From the IMG/VR virus record IMGVR_UViG_3300045988_080644: a stretch of 64,000 bases of DNA; one strand, given 5' to 3'. The position numbers were made by a program, and so were the translations under genes. The notes beneath the pieces are model-generated. The model had not been told where the DNA came from and did not search any database. It worked only from the letters and a program-made list of their open reading frames with translations. Shown here piece by piece: positions 18,244-24,678 of this stretch. The stretch is from a virus. Every line of letters begins with the position of its first letter. Positions within the stretch are counted from its first letter, which is position 1.

Positions 18244-18373
18244 TAATGTGTAAGTCATTTTATTGACTTATCAACTCAACTACAAGAAATTCATCAATTT
18301 TCACAAATTAATAATTAATATGTCGCTTAGACGGGATTCGAACCCGTAAGACCATTCCTGGTCAAGGGATTTT

Positions 18374-18960
18374 CTTACTACACTTGCTTTTATACAAGCT
18401 AACTTAAATAAAGGGATTCGAACCCTTAATCCTCAAGAGATATTTAATGACGACTTTAGAGGAGATTCCGTCAATCTGCTGCCGTATACCAATTCCGCCA
18501 TATTTAAGTTATTGTAGTCTGGACTATTTTATTACCTTATCAATTAACTTCGAAGTAAGGAATTAGGTTTTACCTCTCTCAATGAGCGTCTCCTTTTTTA
18601 CATAATGCATTACTATTATAACCTTATTACTAAGGATGAAGTCTAAACCATTCCTTTTAATTAACTTAGGTATCTCCTCTATAGTCTCTACACATTTATG
18701 CTGTAACACTCCAATTTACATTTAAGATAGATTAGCGTTCTATCACAATTTAGCTCGTCACCACCAAAACCTATGTCACCATAAGTGAGGCTTCTGTCGC
18801 AAGTTAATTAGATTTCTGAATACTGCTTCTATAATCATTACTCTGCTTCTTACACAGATGCTAACCTTTTTACAATTAGTAATTAACTTGTTTAATTAGG
18901 GAGATTCTACTTCTATTATTTCTAATAGAGCACTCAAATTCACCATTACTGGTGTTCCAA
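18374..18960 (-). ncRNA. group I intron in the anticodon loop of tRNA-Leu(TAA)
   Basis: 587 nt inserted between U34 and A35. The 5' exon ends in U and the intron ends in G. Core elements are R-like GTAGAGACTATAG and S-like AAAATAGTCC (P7 GACTA/TAGTC), P3 candidate ATCTCC/GGAGAT directly 3' of P7, and IGS candidate GAGT opposite exon ACTT. There is no ORF inside. Confidence 0.7.
18402..18509 (-). ncRNA. tRNA-like module nested in the 3' part of the intron
   Basis: A 9-bp bracket ACTTAAATA/TATTTAAGT encloses a GG-containing D-loop-like AATTGGTATA and a consensus T arm AAGGG-TTCGAAT-CCCTT. The central arm is non-canonical and contains CTCTAAA (18455-18461). Confidence 0.45.
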
Positions 18961-19210
18961 AAGTCCCTCGTGTATCCCAGTTTCACCACTAAGCGATAAA
19001 GCAACTAATTATCTGCTAGTTGCCAACAATATTTGGGAAAAAACCAACATGTAATTTATGGGGGTTGGTATTCTTATTTTTCAAACAAATTAAATACGTT
19101 CAACATCATAGTCATATCCAATACCAATGTTTTCTAATAACCAAGATGGATCATCCAATACATAATCATCCGGAACTTCTACTGTTACTTTTAATACTAT
19201 TTTCTTCATA

Positions 19211-19570
19211 TTATAATTGTTCTAAAATATTCTTCGCAATATATAAGGATACTTCTCTAGTAGTATGCTCAGAATCATTAAGTACTAGAAGATATTTATC
19301 TTTATCATCAGTTTTCTTAGTTAATTCAAGTAAATACTTTTTATTAATTAATAAACCTTTAGTTACTACTATATATTCTATACACAATTTCTTAATAACA
19401 GCAGTTAAAGAGCAACCAATAATAAATTTTCTGCAATCTTTAGTTACTATTAGGACATATTTATTCAGTGCCTCTAAACTAACTATATCTTCTATATTTA
19501 TTTGTCGGTACTCAATGCCTTTAAATACAAGAAATGTGTCAGAATCAATTTGTATTGTTTTTATTTCCAT
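19211..19570 (-). CDS. LytTR-like DNA-binding domain protein (tentative)
   Basis: 119-aa ORF whose pattern I.DIVSLEA..KYVLIVTKD..F.....L..V...L......V.K..LIN..Y...L follows the LytTR beta-fold consensus. The antisense track ORF 19020..19583 is rejected. Confidence 0.4.
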   Translation of the reverse strand: MEIKTIQIDSDTFLVFKGIEYRQINIEDIVSLEALNKYVLIVTKDCRKFIIGCSLTAVIKKLCIEYIVVTKGLLINKKYLLELTKKTDDKDKYLLVLNDSEHTTREVSLYIAKNILEQL

Positions 19571-19583
19571 ATTACTAATTTAA

Positions 19584-19973
19584 TTAACCCATAATAAAGT
19601 GAGTGCTCACAATATCCTCAGGATGATGAATAGTTTTAGCTAACTCATCCTTTGCCCATTTCTCAATAGCAGAATGTTTAACGCCTGGAGCAATTTCGTG
19701 ATAATACATTAAATCATATACTTCACCACTCTTAAAGGTTACACGTATTTGAAAAGTAGGATCTACTTCATCTTCTATGAGTTTATCCATTTCTTCTCTA
19801 GTTACCATATAACTAAATAATGGATTAGAAAAATGTTCCTCCCAAAATTTCTTTTCCAATTTAGCTAACTCTGCTCGTGCATATTTAAGCACATTCTTAC
19901 AACCTAACTTCTCAGCACTATCTATTTGTGCCAATAGTTGGGTCTTCTTAATAAAATGTTCTTCTCTTGTCAT
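19584..19973 (-). CDS. hypothetical protein (129 aa)
   Basis: Track ORF. The conserved 13-mer lies 9 nt upstream of its ATG. Confidence 0.5.
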   Translation of the reverse strand: MTREEHFIKKTQLLAQIDSAEKLGCKNVLKYARAELAKLEKKFWEEHFSNPLFSYMVTREEMDKLIEDEVDPTFQIRVTFKSGEVYDLMYYHEIAPGVKHSAIEKWAKDELAKTIHHPEDIVSTHFIMG

Positions 19974-19982
19974 AATTTTATC

Positions 19983-19995
19983 TGTTAATGTGTTA
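19983..19995 (-). promoter_or_regulatory. 13-mer TAACACATTAACA, copy 3 of 6
   Basis: Exact TGTTAATGTGTTA, 9 nt upstream of the ATG at 19973. Confidence 0.6.
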
Positions 19996-20162
19996 ATAAT
20001 CTATTTAAATAATAGGCGATTTTCACTGGTTATATTTAAACTATTCCATTGTCCTCAGCTATCTAACGTTCTTTCTCTTTCTAACCCAAATGATTAATTT
20101 TAAGGTAATTACGCTATTTAATAGAGTTACTGAGAGTTGTTTAGTACCTATGTATTAATTAG

Positions 20163-20235
20163 TAGAGGATGGCAGAGTCGGACTGCCTATTAGGGAGTCA
20201 AAGTCCCTCGTGTGAAACCGTTACACTAATCCTCC
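20163..20235 (-). tRNA. tRNA-Gln(TTG)
   Basis: Acceptor GGAGGAT/ATCCTCT, anticodon arm AGGGA-CTTTGAC-TCCCT and T arm GGCAG-TCCGACT-CTGCC. Confidence 0.8.
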
Positions 20236-20239
20236 GAAT

Positions 20240-20267
20240 AAAATACTATTCTCACGAACCATATTTT
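20240..20267 (-). promoter_or_regulatory. conserved-loop hairpin (e), 4 nt 5' of tRNA-Gln
   Basis: Stem AAAATA/TATTTT around loop CTATTCTCACGAACCA (forward-strand reading). Confidence 0.55.
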
Positions 20268-20301
20268 CCAACTACAAGTTCACAATTTGTCATAAATGTT
20301 G

Positions 20302-20389
20302 CGGAGAAAGAAGGATTCGAACCTTCGAGCCATGTAATATGACTAACACCTTAGCAGGGTGCCGCTTTAGACCACTCAGCCATTTCTCC
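20302..20389 (-). tRNA. tRNA-Ser(GCT)
   Basis: 88-nt type-II cloverleaf with acceptor GGAGAAA/TTTCTCC, D arm GCT-GAGTGGTCTAA-AGC, anticodon arm GCACC-CTGCTAA-GGTGT, 6-bp variable stem AGTCAT/ATGGCT and discriminator G. Confidence 0.8.
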
Positions 20390-20394
20390 AATAG

Positions 20395-20467
20395 GGTCAC
20401 GCTAGGGATTCGAACCCTGTACTGTAGTCTCACAAACTACCGTGTTACCAGTTACACTAGACGGACC
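20395..20467 (-). tRNA. tRNA-His(GTG)-like, imperfect acceptor stem
   Basis: D arm GTGT-AACTGGTA-ACAC, anticodon arm GTAGT-TTGTGAG-ACTAC, T loop TTCGAAT and an extra 5' G typical of His. By eye, 3 of 7 acceptor pairs are mismatched (GTCCGTC vs GCGTGAC). Confidence 0.5.
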
Positions 20468-20473
20468 ATAAAA

Positions 20474-20499
20474 GCTTCCTATCTTCACAGACCAGAAGC
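20474..20499 (-). promoter_or_regulatory. conserved-loop hairpin (a), 6 nt 5' of tRNA-His
   Basis: Stem GCTTC/GAAGC around loop CTATCTTCACAGACCA. Confidence 0.6.
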
Positions 20500-20584
20500 A
20501 TAACAACTCTTTAACGTTATAAAGTCCGCCGACTTTATATTTTAAACATTAATCGTATTAGTTTTATTAAATAATATGAAAGAG

Positions 20585-20657
20585 TAGCACTAGCGATGCT
20601 CGAAATCGCCTTTTAACCTTGAAAGAGTTACGTCCTAACCAGCTAGACGATAGTGCC
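20585..20657 (-). tRNA. tRNA-Glu(TTC)
   Basis: Acceptor GGCACTA/TAGTGCT, anticodon arm TAACT-CTTTCAA-GGTTA and T arm GCGAT-TTCGAGC-ATCGC. Confidence 0.8.
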
Positions 20658-20662
20658 AAGTA

Positions 20663-20690
20663 GATTCTCTATCTTCACAGACTAAGAACC
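20663..20690 (-). promoter_or_regulatory. conserved-loop hairpin (b), 5 nt 5' of tRNA-Glu
   Basis: Stem GATTCT/AGAACC around loop CTATCTTCACAGACTA. The A/C position is a G-U pair only in the reverse-strand RNA. Confidence 0.6.
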
Positions 20691-20724
20691 TCAAGATTAA
20701 CAAATCAAAAAAATAATAGCATTG

Positions 20725-20799
20725 CGCACCCTGCAGGATTCGAACCTGCGACATCAAAATTAACAGTTTTGCGTTCTAGACCAACTGAACTAAGGGTAC
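20725..20799 (-). tRNA. tRNA-Asn(GTT)
   Basis: Acceptor GTACCCT/AGGGTGC, anticodon arm CAAAA-CTGTTAA-TTTTG and T arm GCAGG-TTCGAAT-CCTGC. Confidence 0.8.
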
Positions 20800-20803
20800 A
20801 AAT

Positions 20804-20832
20804 CTCTACCTATTTATCACAAACCAGTAGAG
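20804..20832 (-). promoter_or_regulatory. conserved-loop hairpin (c), 4 nt 5' of tRNA-Asn
   Basis: Stem CTCTAC/GTAGAG around loop CTATTTATCACAAACCA. Confidence 0.6.
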
Positions 20833-20867
20833 TTATAATGTTTCTTTAACTTTTGAATAATATGAGG

Positions 20868-20938
20868 TGCTCCCTGATAGTACTGACCTGTCTTCCCGAA
20901 ATTAAAAGTTTCGTGCTTCACCTTAAAGCTTAGAGAGC
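20868..20938 (-). tRNA. tRNA-Lys(TTT), atypical T arm
   Basis: Acceptor GCTCTCT/AGGGAGC, D arm GCTT-TAAGGTG-AAGC and anticodon arm CGAAA-CTTTTAA-TTTCG. The T arm GACAG-GTCAGTA-CTATC has one mismatch and a non-consensus loop. Confidence 0.6.
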
Positions 20939-20958
20939 TAATTTATAATCTTATTTTG

Positions 20959-21048
20959 CACACGGAGTAGGATTCGAACCCACGCTGTTCAACTTTCATC
21001 TCTATAGGTTTTGGAGACCTACCCTTTCGACCACTCAGGCATCCGTAT
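20959..21048 (-). tRNA. type-II (Ser-shaped) tRNA carrying anticodon CCA
   Basis: 90 nt with acceptor ATACGGA/TCCGTGT and discriminator G. The D arm CCT-GAGTGGTCGAA-AGG is nearly identical in form to the tRNA-Ser(GCT) D arm. Anticodon arm is TAGGT-CTCCAAA-ACCTA, followed by a 21-nt extra region and T arm GTGGG-TTCGAAT-CCTAC. Confidence 0.6.
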
Positions 21049-21052
21049 ATAG

Positions 21053-21125
21053 TGGAGACACGTGGAATCGAACCACAATCTCGGAATTTTCAGTCCCGCG
21101 CTCTGACCTTCTAAGCTATATCTCC
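21053..21125 (-). tRNA. tRNA-Phe(GAA)
   Basis: Acceptor GGAGATA/TGTCTCC, anticodon arm CGGGA-CTGAAAA-TTCCG and T arm TGTGG-TTCGATT-CCACG. Confidence 0.8.
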
Positions 21126-21378
21126 ATATGTCTAAGATTTACTTAGACACACCACATTTCTATAAGTAGAATAGTGGTAAGAACTTTGCCCAAATAGGCA
21201 TAACACACTAACAAAATATGATTAATTACAAAAATTCAAATTAAAGTGATAGTGTCTTCTCACATCATGGCTGGTGATTGTAGACTTTCCAATATTGTAA
21301 TAATCTACATACGTGAGGCACTAAGAGAATCATTTTTCTCCCGTTACTTCCCAAATTTGGACGAAATCTCCATAATTA

Positions 21379-21480
21379 GATAGCTAACTAATTACAAAAA
21401 TTAGAGGATTCGAACCCCTGTTTCTATCACTATATTTAAAATAGTTATACTGATTACAGCTTACTAATTAATTAGCTATC
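21379..21480 (-). ncRNA. tRNA-like module clamped by a 16-bp terminal stem
   Basis: GATAGCTAACTAATTA (21379-21394) pairs with TAATTAATTAGCTATC (21465-21480). The clamp encloses a mini hairpin, a 5-bp/7-nt hairpin ACTAT-TTTAAAT-ATAGT and a consensus T arm AGGGG-TTCGAAT-CCTCT. No matching acceptor 5' strand was found. Confidence 0.45.
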
Positions 21481-21742
21481 TTAACTAGTAATTGTTTCAT
21501 ATTAATCCCATTAAATGGGAGTTGCGCAATATTTTGAAACTAAACTTCTCTTCTAATCGACTCTTTACAGCTGATAGATTAGGCAGATAATGTTCTATAC
21601 TTCCTCTGGGAGGAGAGTCTCAATATAACTAACATAAATATCAATTTAAAAGAAAGTTTAGTGGACTTTGAGTGCTAGATATATTAAATAGTACATCCTA
21701 AATAATACTCTAGTTATCCACTAAACTTATCTTTGAAGAAAC
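21481..21742 (-). ncRNA. candidate second group-I-like ribozyme core (boundaries unresolved)
   Basis: ORF-free. It has R-like TTGAGACTCTCC (about 21612-21623) and S-like AAAGAGTCGATT (about 21555-21566) with P7 GACTC/GAGTC, a 12-bp hairpin AAGTTTAGTGGA/TCCACTAAACTT and nested hairpins GTTTCA/TGAAAC and TCCCAT/ATGGGA. It is followed by the clamped tRNA-like module, the same layout as the tRNA-Leu intron. Confidence 0.35.
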
Positions 21743-21771
21743 CTACAACTATTTATCACAAACCATTGTAG
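21743..21771 (-). promoter_or_regulatory. conserved-loop hairpin (d), upstream of the group-I-like element
   Basis: Stem CTACAA/TTGTAG around loop CTATTTATCACAAACCA. The loop is identical to copy (c) while the stem is fully different. Confidence 0.6.
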
Positions 21772-21854
21772 AATTATATTTTGTCGACCTATTTTAATTC
21801 ACAATTATTACAACTTGAAAATATTTTAAATATTTTTGTTGTAACTTGTAGTTG

Positions 21855-21990
21855 TGCTCCCATCCAGATTCAAACTGGAAACCCACAGCTTAGAACTAGA
21901 TAAAGGAGTCGAACCTCAATCTAATTAGATGATTTACAGCTCATTACACTGTATGAAGGCTGTTGCTCTATTCAGTTGAGCTATGGGAGC
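21855..21990 (-). tRNA. interrupted tRNA (Arg-TCT if a 61-nt insert is removed) or chimeric pseudogene
   Basis: Perfect outer cloverleaf parts: acceptor GCTCCCA/TGGGAGC, D arm GCTC-AACTGAATA-GAGC, anticodon stem ACAGC...GCTGT and T arm TCCAG-TTTGAAT-CTGGA. About 68 nt lie between the anticodon stem strands, beginning CTTCATA and ending GTTCTAA, and they contain a second T-arm-like GAGG-TTCGACT-CCTT. Confidence 0.5.
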
Positions 21991-22129
21991 TGCTAATTAT
22001 TAGCATTTTTCTACTAACCTTGCCAAGTGAACTAACTATATAATCAGTTATTTAGAATTGGTAGTTAATAAATGTTAATTTGTAATCAACACTTAAAAAC
22101 TTACCAATTCTTTTATAGGCATAGAGTAA

Positions 22130-22582
22130 TTATAGAGAATTAATTTTCTTCTTTAATTCTCTTATTTCAGCTTTAATACCATTTAATACTTGTTCATAGT
22201 ATTGTCCTGTAACTATGATAACAGCATCTTCATCATTACAGGTAAGCCAATAAGTAAGAGTATGCGTCCATAAACCACAAATATCACCAAGAAACACATC
22301 ATCCATAGACATAGTTGCTATGTTAGAAGTTCTGAACATTCCATATTGAGCTGGACATATTGCAGGATTCCATGCTAAATGCATTGCTCCTAACTGTCTG
22401 TGAATTTTAAAAGTGTCTTCAAGAGTGTGATGAGACATCAATTCACCTTTAAATTTAGTCAGCTGAAGGATTTGATGTTCTATCATATGTTTCTTATCCT
22501 TCTTCTCCTGATTTTTCCGAGCCATAACTCCAACTACAATAAATATAATTAAAGCTAGTAAGGCTATTACTGTTATTACCAT
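22130..22582 (-). CDS. membrane-anchored protein (150 aa)
   Basis: Track ORF with an N-terminal TM helix VITVIALLALIIFIVVGV. Confidence 0.5.
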   Translation of the reverse strand: MVITVIALLALIIFIVVGVMARKNQEKKDKKHMIEHQILQLTKFKGELMSHHTLEDTFKIHRQLGAMHLAWNPAICPAQYGMFRTSNIATMSMDDVFLGDICGLWTHTLTYWLTCNDEDAVIIVTGQYYEQVLNGIKAEIRELKKKINSL

Positions 22583-22596
22583 AATCTAATTAATTA

Positions 22597-22926
22597 TTAC
22601 AATAGAGGTGCTTCTCTATTTTGTTTATACTTATTTCCTATTAACCAATAGTAAAGATACTTATAGTTATTAACTAACTCAATGATTGGATAGTTTCTAA
22701 TATAAATATATTTATAATGGTCTATTACTAACTCACACAAAGCCTTAGCTGGGTTAGTTTTGTATCTCTTCTTCCACTCCTTAGTACAGCATAAATAGTT
22801 AGTAGTCCAAGTATTGGTTTTTCTAACACTTATTCTATTTTTAGGAATTACTGGAAGGACACTATCCTTAACCCAGAAATCTAAAGCTTCAATTAGTAAT
22901 TCGAAATTATCTTTATCGATAATCAT
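22597..22926 (-). CDS. hypothetical protein (109 aa)
   Basis: Track ORF, co-directional. Confidence 0.5.
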   Translation of the reverse strand: MIIDKDNFELLIEALDFWVKDSVLPVIPKNRISVRKTNTWTTNYLCCTKEWKKRYKTNPAKALCELVIDHYKYIYIRNYPIIELVNNYKYLYYWLIGNKYKQNREAPLL

Positions 22927-23082
22927 TCTTACTTAGTCATTTCGGAACCTACAATAGCTACAAATATTAATCCAAATACTATAGCCCAAACAATTCTAAG
23001 AAACTCCATTATTCTTTACTCCTTAGTATTAAAATAATAATAATAGGAATTGCTCCACAAATTATATTTAATAGTGTCATAA

Positions 23083-23481
23083 CTATTTGCCATTAGTTAA
23101 TTTGTAGATATAGTCCCAGATTTCCTGAGGAATATTATTGCCTGTCTCATGCACATAGTCTTTCATATGACACATATTGCCATCTTCAGCAGTCTTAATT
23201 ACTGCTTCAGTAAAAAGCTTAATGTCCTTGAGATTTGGAGTGACAAGAGTGATATTGGTAGAATCTGAAGCACCCATGCCAGCAAGCAGACCCTCAAAAG
23301 CAGTTAGTTTTCCATCCTTGACCTGATCACCAACAGCTCTACTAGTAATACGAGCAGCTATCATAAGGACTTCTTTCTTATCCTCAGTCTTAGTAGCACT
23401 GACACTTTCCATGATGTCATTGTTAACTACCAACACATTGCCAAACAAACCAAAATCGTTTACTTTCTTTGTAAAATCCAT
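23083..23481 (-). CDS. hypothetical protein (132 aa); ORF closed by TAG
   Basis: Track ORF with stop codon TAG (cta at 23083-23085). Confidence 0.5.
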   Translation of the reverse strand: MDFTKKVNDFGLFGNVLVVNNDIMESVSATKTEDKKEVLMIAARITSRAVGDQVKDGKLTAFEGLLAGMGASDSTNITLVTPNLKDIKLFTEAVIKTAEDGNMCHMKDYVHETGNNIPQEIWDYIYKLTNGK

Positions 23482-23619
23482 AATCTTATCTGTTTAATTA
23501 ATTATCTAAAAGTACATAAGTCTTGTCTTATGATTAACCAATTTACTTTCCAAGATGTCAACTATTTATTATACTCTATAGTACTAGAGTGCTATTTTAT
23601 CTTTATTCGTATTTTTATA

Positions 23620-23847
23620 CTATTTACAATTAAGAGAACGTCCATCTACTACACAAGTTCCTTTTAAATCGGAAATTACATAGTTAGTTACACAATTCTC
23701 ATTGTACTGAATAGAAACTACAATGTTTGGTTCAATAGTCATTGTATCCGGTTTAATATCTACACCCATTAACATAGTCTCTACTTGAGATGCAATCTTT
23801 TCTGCTTCTGCTGTTGTCATAGTTGTTCCATAATTAGTAAGTTCCAT
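23620..23847 (-). CDS. hypothetical protein (75 aa); ORF closed by TAG
   Basis: Track ORF with stop codon TAG (cta at 23620-23622). Confidence 0.45.
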   Translation of the reverse strand: MELTNYGTTMTTAEAEKIASQVETMLMGVDIKPDTMTIEPNIVVSIQYNENCVTNYVISDLKGTCVVDGRSLNCK

Positions 23848-23945
23848 AACTTTCTAATTAAATAGTAAAGACCTAACTAAACAATAACTATATAAATAAT
23901 TAAAGTCTAATTAGGTCTCTTGATTATGGAACTTAACAGAAAAAA

Positions 23946-24512
23946 TTACTTCTTTTTCTCCTCAATGAGGAGTTGCATAGCGTGACGAGACTTTTCCATC
24001 ACAAACTCGAGAAGTGTACGGAATGTGTATGGTTTACGATGCCACTTCTTAGGAACATAAGCAAGTGCCATCTCTGCCTGCCACCACATGTTGGCAGTAA
24101 ACTCGTCAAACTTCTCCTCTTCAGCTAACTTAATAGCTTCCTGCATAGCCTTGTAACTATTGTAGTCAAAGGTATCATCACAATCGCTCTTGGTCTTATA
24201 ATCCCAAGAGTCTACCTTACGCTTGCCCCGCTCTTTAGCATTGACAAGCTCATGTTCACACTTGTCAATATATTCCTTAAGCGCATAGATAATGTCATCT
24301 TTGAATAAGTGCAATAATTCTACATCATCAAACTCATGTGGCTTGTAATCACCATTTGAGTTCAAGATGATTTCAGTACGTTGTACACCATTAGCTACCT
24401 CTGTTTCGGTAGTCACTTTGACACCCTCAAATGTCCAAGAAAAAATTCCATTTTTCATTTTGTTGTAATCTAAAAATTGTGAATCTATAAACAGACATAA
24501 TGTCTGTCTCAT
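23946..24512 (-). CDS. hypothetical protein (188 aa)
   Basis: Track ORF, visibly more GC-rich than its neighbours. Confidence 0.55.
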   Translation of the reverse strand: MRQTLCLFIDSQFLDYNKMKNGIFSWTFEGVKVTTETEVANGVQRTEIILNSNGDYKPHEFDDVELLHLFKDDIIYALKEYIDKCEHELVNAKERGKRKVDSWDYKTKSDCDDTFDYNSYKAMQEAIKLAEEEKFDEFTANMWWQAEMALAYVPKKWHRKPYTFRTLLEFVMEKSRHAMQLLIEEKKK

Positions 24513-24678
24513 TATAATTGTGAATTGATACCTAAATACAATCTAACTACGCTTAATTAGACTAACTTTATTGAATGTCTTTATACTTACGGCAAAATCC
24601 TTACGTTAGTTTTAAAACTAGTAGGTTCACGACTTTTCTTAAATTGTTTCATTTTATTACTATTTATATTGTTAATAA

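Larger units (their letters stand above)
18323..18995 (-). tRNA. tRNA-Leu(TAA) gene interrupted by a group I intron (exons 18995-18961 and 18373-18323)
   Basis: The joined exons form an 86-nt type-II cloverleaf. It has acceptor CGCTTAG/CTAAGCG, D arm GTG-AAACTGGGATA-CAC, anticodon arm AGGGA-CTT|AAAA-TCCCT, variable arm GACC-AGGAAT-GGTC and T arm ACGGG-TTCGAAT-CCCGT. Confidence 0.75.

Noticed and set aside
21379-21480. T-arm-containing fragments as attP sites or integration scars
   Set aside because: No integrase or recombinase gene is present in the 64 kb. The fragments are embedded in larger structured elements (bracketing stems, group-I-like cores) rather than being bare 3' tRNA ends.
21700-21742. 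5' half of another intron-split tRNA right after hairpin (d) (UCAAAGA UA AGUU-UAGUGGAU-AACU A GAGUA UU...)
   Set aside because: No matching anticodon-stem 3' strand or acceptor 3' strand was found downstream. The D-arm-like segment is also one strand of a 12-bp hairpin, so the resemblance may be coincidental.
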